64,000 bases of DNA from Cycas panzhihuaensis (taxonomy: Eukaryota > Plantae > Cycadophyta), in contig CM041465.1 in the NCBI GenBank assembly GCA_023213395.1, positions 158,231,741-158,295,740 of the forward strand. Direction: 5' to 3'. Below the pieces are notes generated by a model that was given only the letters and a program-made list of their open reading frames with translations, was not told where the DNA came from and ran no database searches. The first letter of the stretch is position 1, and each line of letters starts with the position of its first letter. Shown in pieces: positions 62,335 to 64,000 of this stretch. The position numbers were made by a program, and so were the translations under genes.

Positions 62335-64000
62335 TATTTCTTGGGGTTTTGGTTAGAAAGAAAAATAAACCCTACTCTCTCTAGCTATCATTGCCTCTTC
62401 CTATAGAAGTGAAATCTCATATGAGTGGGTCTACGTTGTTCAAATCAACAATAATAATGAGATAACCATAGTATATTCTTCACTCTTAATTTACTTCTAA
62501 CCTTTAGTATGATATAATATTACACATATTTTATAAAATAGAAAAAAAATAGGGCTCTTAGAGGAATGATTCTTCTAAGGGGATGTGAAGGAAAACTAAG
62601 TAGAGGGAAAGGGGAAAAAATACAAAAGCTTAAGCAAAAGGAGAAAAGAAAGGAAGTAGAAATGCATGGAATTGAAGAAAATAATGGAATAGAGGATTGT
62701 ATCTTCAATTTCTATATATTCATGACAAGGAAAGGTAGGTCCTTATCTTGATCTGCCTAAGCTAAGCCAGTAGGTAAAGACCTTAGAGTAAAGGAATTAG
62801 AATTTGATGCTCAAAATCACATTTTACTAGTCTTAAGTCAAATAATTCTATCGTTCAAAAATCCTAATTATGCATGTAGCTCAAGATATATTTTATATAC
62901 CTTCTTGTATATTCAATATTAAATCTACATGAATGTCATCAAAAACATCTTAGCGTAAATTTATGTAACATTCAAATTTTAAGTAAGCAAAAAACATAAA
63001 GGATTTATCAATAAATAAGAAAGACCAATGTAAGATAAGGATAATTATTTTCTCAAAATAAATAATTTACCTCAAAACATCCAATAGGGTGCTTAACAAA
63101 ATGAAGCAAATAATTATTGACAAAAATGATCCATGGTTTATTTTAAAATATTATATATTCAATAAGATAAGTGAGTGCCTTGAGCACTACCCAACATAGT
63201 TAGTACCAAATAGAATGAGGACTTAAATCCTTTAACAACAAATGTTCTTACTAAGTACTTATTAGCTCATTTAATCCACTACAATCCATAATATCCCTTT
63301 CCAAAAATGTTACCCTAGTTATATATACATATAATAGATACTAATAGAAAGACAGGATATGAAGAAAATAATGAGGATTCTAAAGAAGCCTAAAGAAAGA
63401 ATTTAAAAATAAATCCCCCTCCCCCCTTCCCCCTAAGGGAACACCTACTTATAGTGTAACACCTTCCATTACAGGCCTTCTACACTTGGGCTATAAGTTG
63501 GGACTACAATATCTCCATTGACAACTTGGTATTTGCTTCTATTTTGTTAATTAGCAACCATTATACTACAAAAACATTCTTGTCTCCTCATGAGATGGTG
63601 TATTCCACACCAAGTTTTTAGTGTGATAATATCTTCTCCATGGGTCTGAGCTACCATTACCATATAGGTGTGTTTAGCCATTAGGGTAATTATGCTTAAT
63701 GAACTATTATTAGGATAACTTGTGTACAACCATTGGAATAGTCTTCAAGGAGGTGCATCAATTAGTAACCACCTTGAAGTTAGCTAGTTATTACATTACT
63801 TTGTCTTTCCTACACAGGGGTTAGATCTAGGGCTATGTACTAACTTTGTTTTAGTTAATCCTTCACATAGGAAACCATAAGGAAAAGGAGAAGGAAACAT
63901 ATTACTTCATGCTACTTACTATCCTCCACTTATCGGTGTCTTCACAATTGAGTTTTTACCTTTAAGGGCTAACCCCTACACTTTGGTATCCATTCATTTC
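62335..64000 (-). repeat. Right (5') LTR of M, at least 1.67 kb, truncated by the window end
   Basis: TATTTCTTGGGGTTTTGGTTAGAAAGAAAAATA matches 50339 onward. Confidence 0.88.

Larger units (their letters stand above)
50339..64000 (-). mobile_element. Element M: long-LTR Ty3/gypsy (Tat/Ogre-like), apparently lacking RT; runs off the window
   Basis: Left LTR 50339-50398 + 56960-58586 or beyond matches 62335-64000; PBS-like TAGTGACCATACTCGGGAC at 62314-62332; Gag motif WFNSLLATSIHNWNKLVYVF. Confidence 0.8.

Noticed and set aside
1-64000. Host protein-coding genes, tRNA or rRNA
   Set aside because: Every interpretable ORF is retroelement-derived, and tRNA similarity is limited to PBS motifs. 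Small exons cannot be fully excluded without transcript data.

Overview
AT-rich eukaryotic (land-plant, probably gymnosperm-type) heterochromatin with no host gene, RNA gene or CRISPR array that I can support. The window is a stack of decayed, nested LTR retrotransposons, labelled here A-N. A is a chromovirus Ty3/gypsy split by a second, complete chromovirus B (1203-7822, TSD CATGT). A 4.6-kb tandem duplication follows (8205-17432). A copia gag remnant D is interrupted by a Tekay-like Ty3 element E, which hosts copia elements F (18443-22999), G (fragment), H (Tnt1/Tork-like, 26608-31987) and I (33097-48674). I contains J (34817-45779), which contains K (41409-44447). Copia L (50399-56959) sits in the left LTR of a Tat/Ogre-like element M that runs off the window. 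All coding regions are pseudogenised. Most notable: (1) strongly CpA/TpG-biased C>T decay (RIP-like spectrum); (2) non-autonomous elements whose Gag is fused to unrecognised domains instead of pol (K has a restorable 372-codon ORF); (3) a GYG/GQG-plus-RG low-complexity Gag in L; (4) cis-modules shared between K and pol-carrying copia elements (leader motif, PPT hairpin). Boundaries and counts were read by eye; clade names are inferences.
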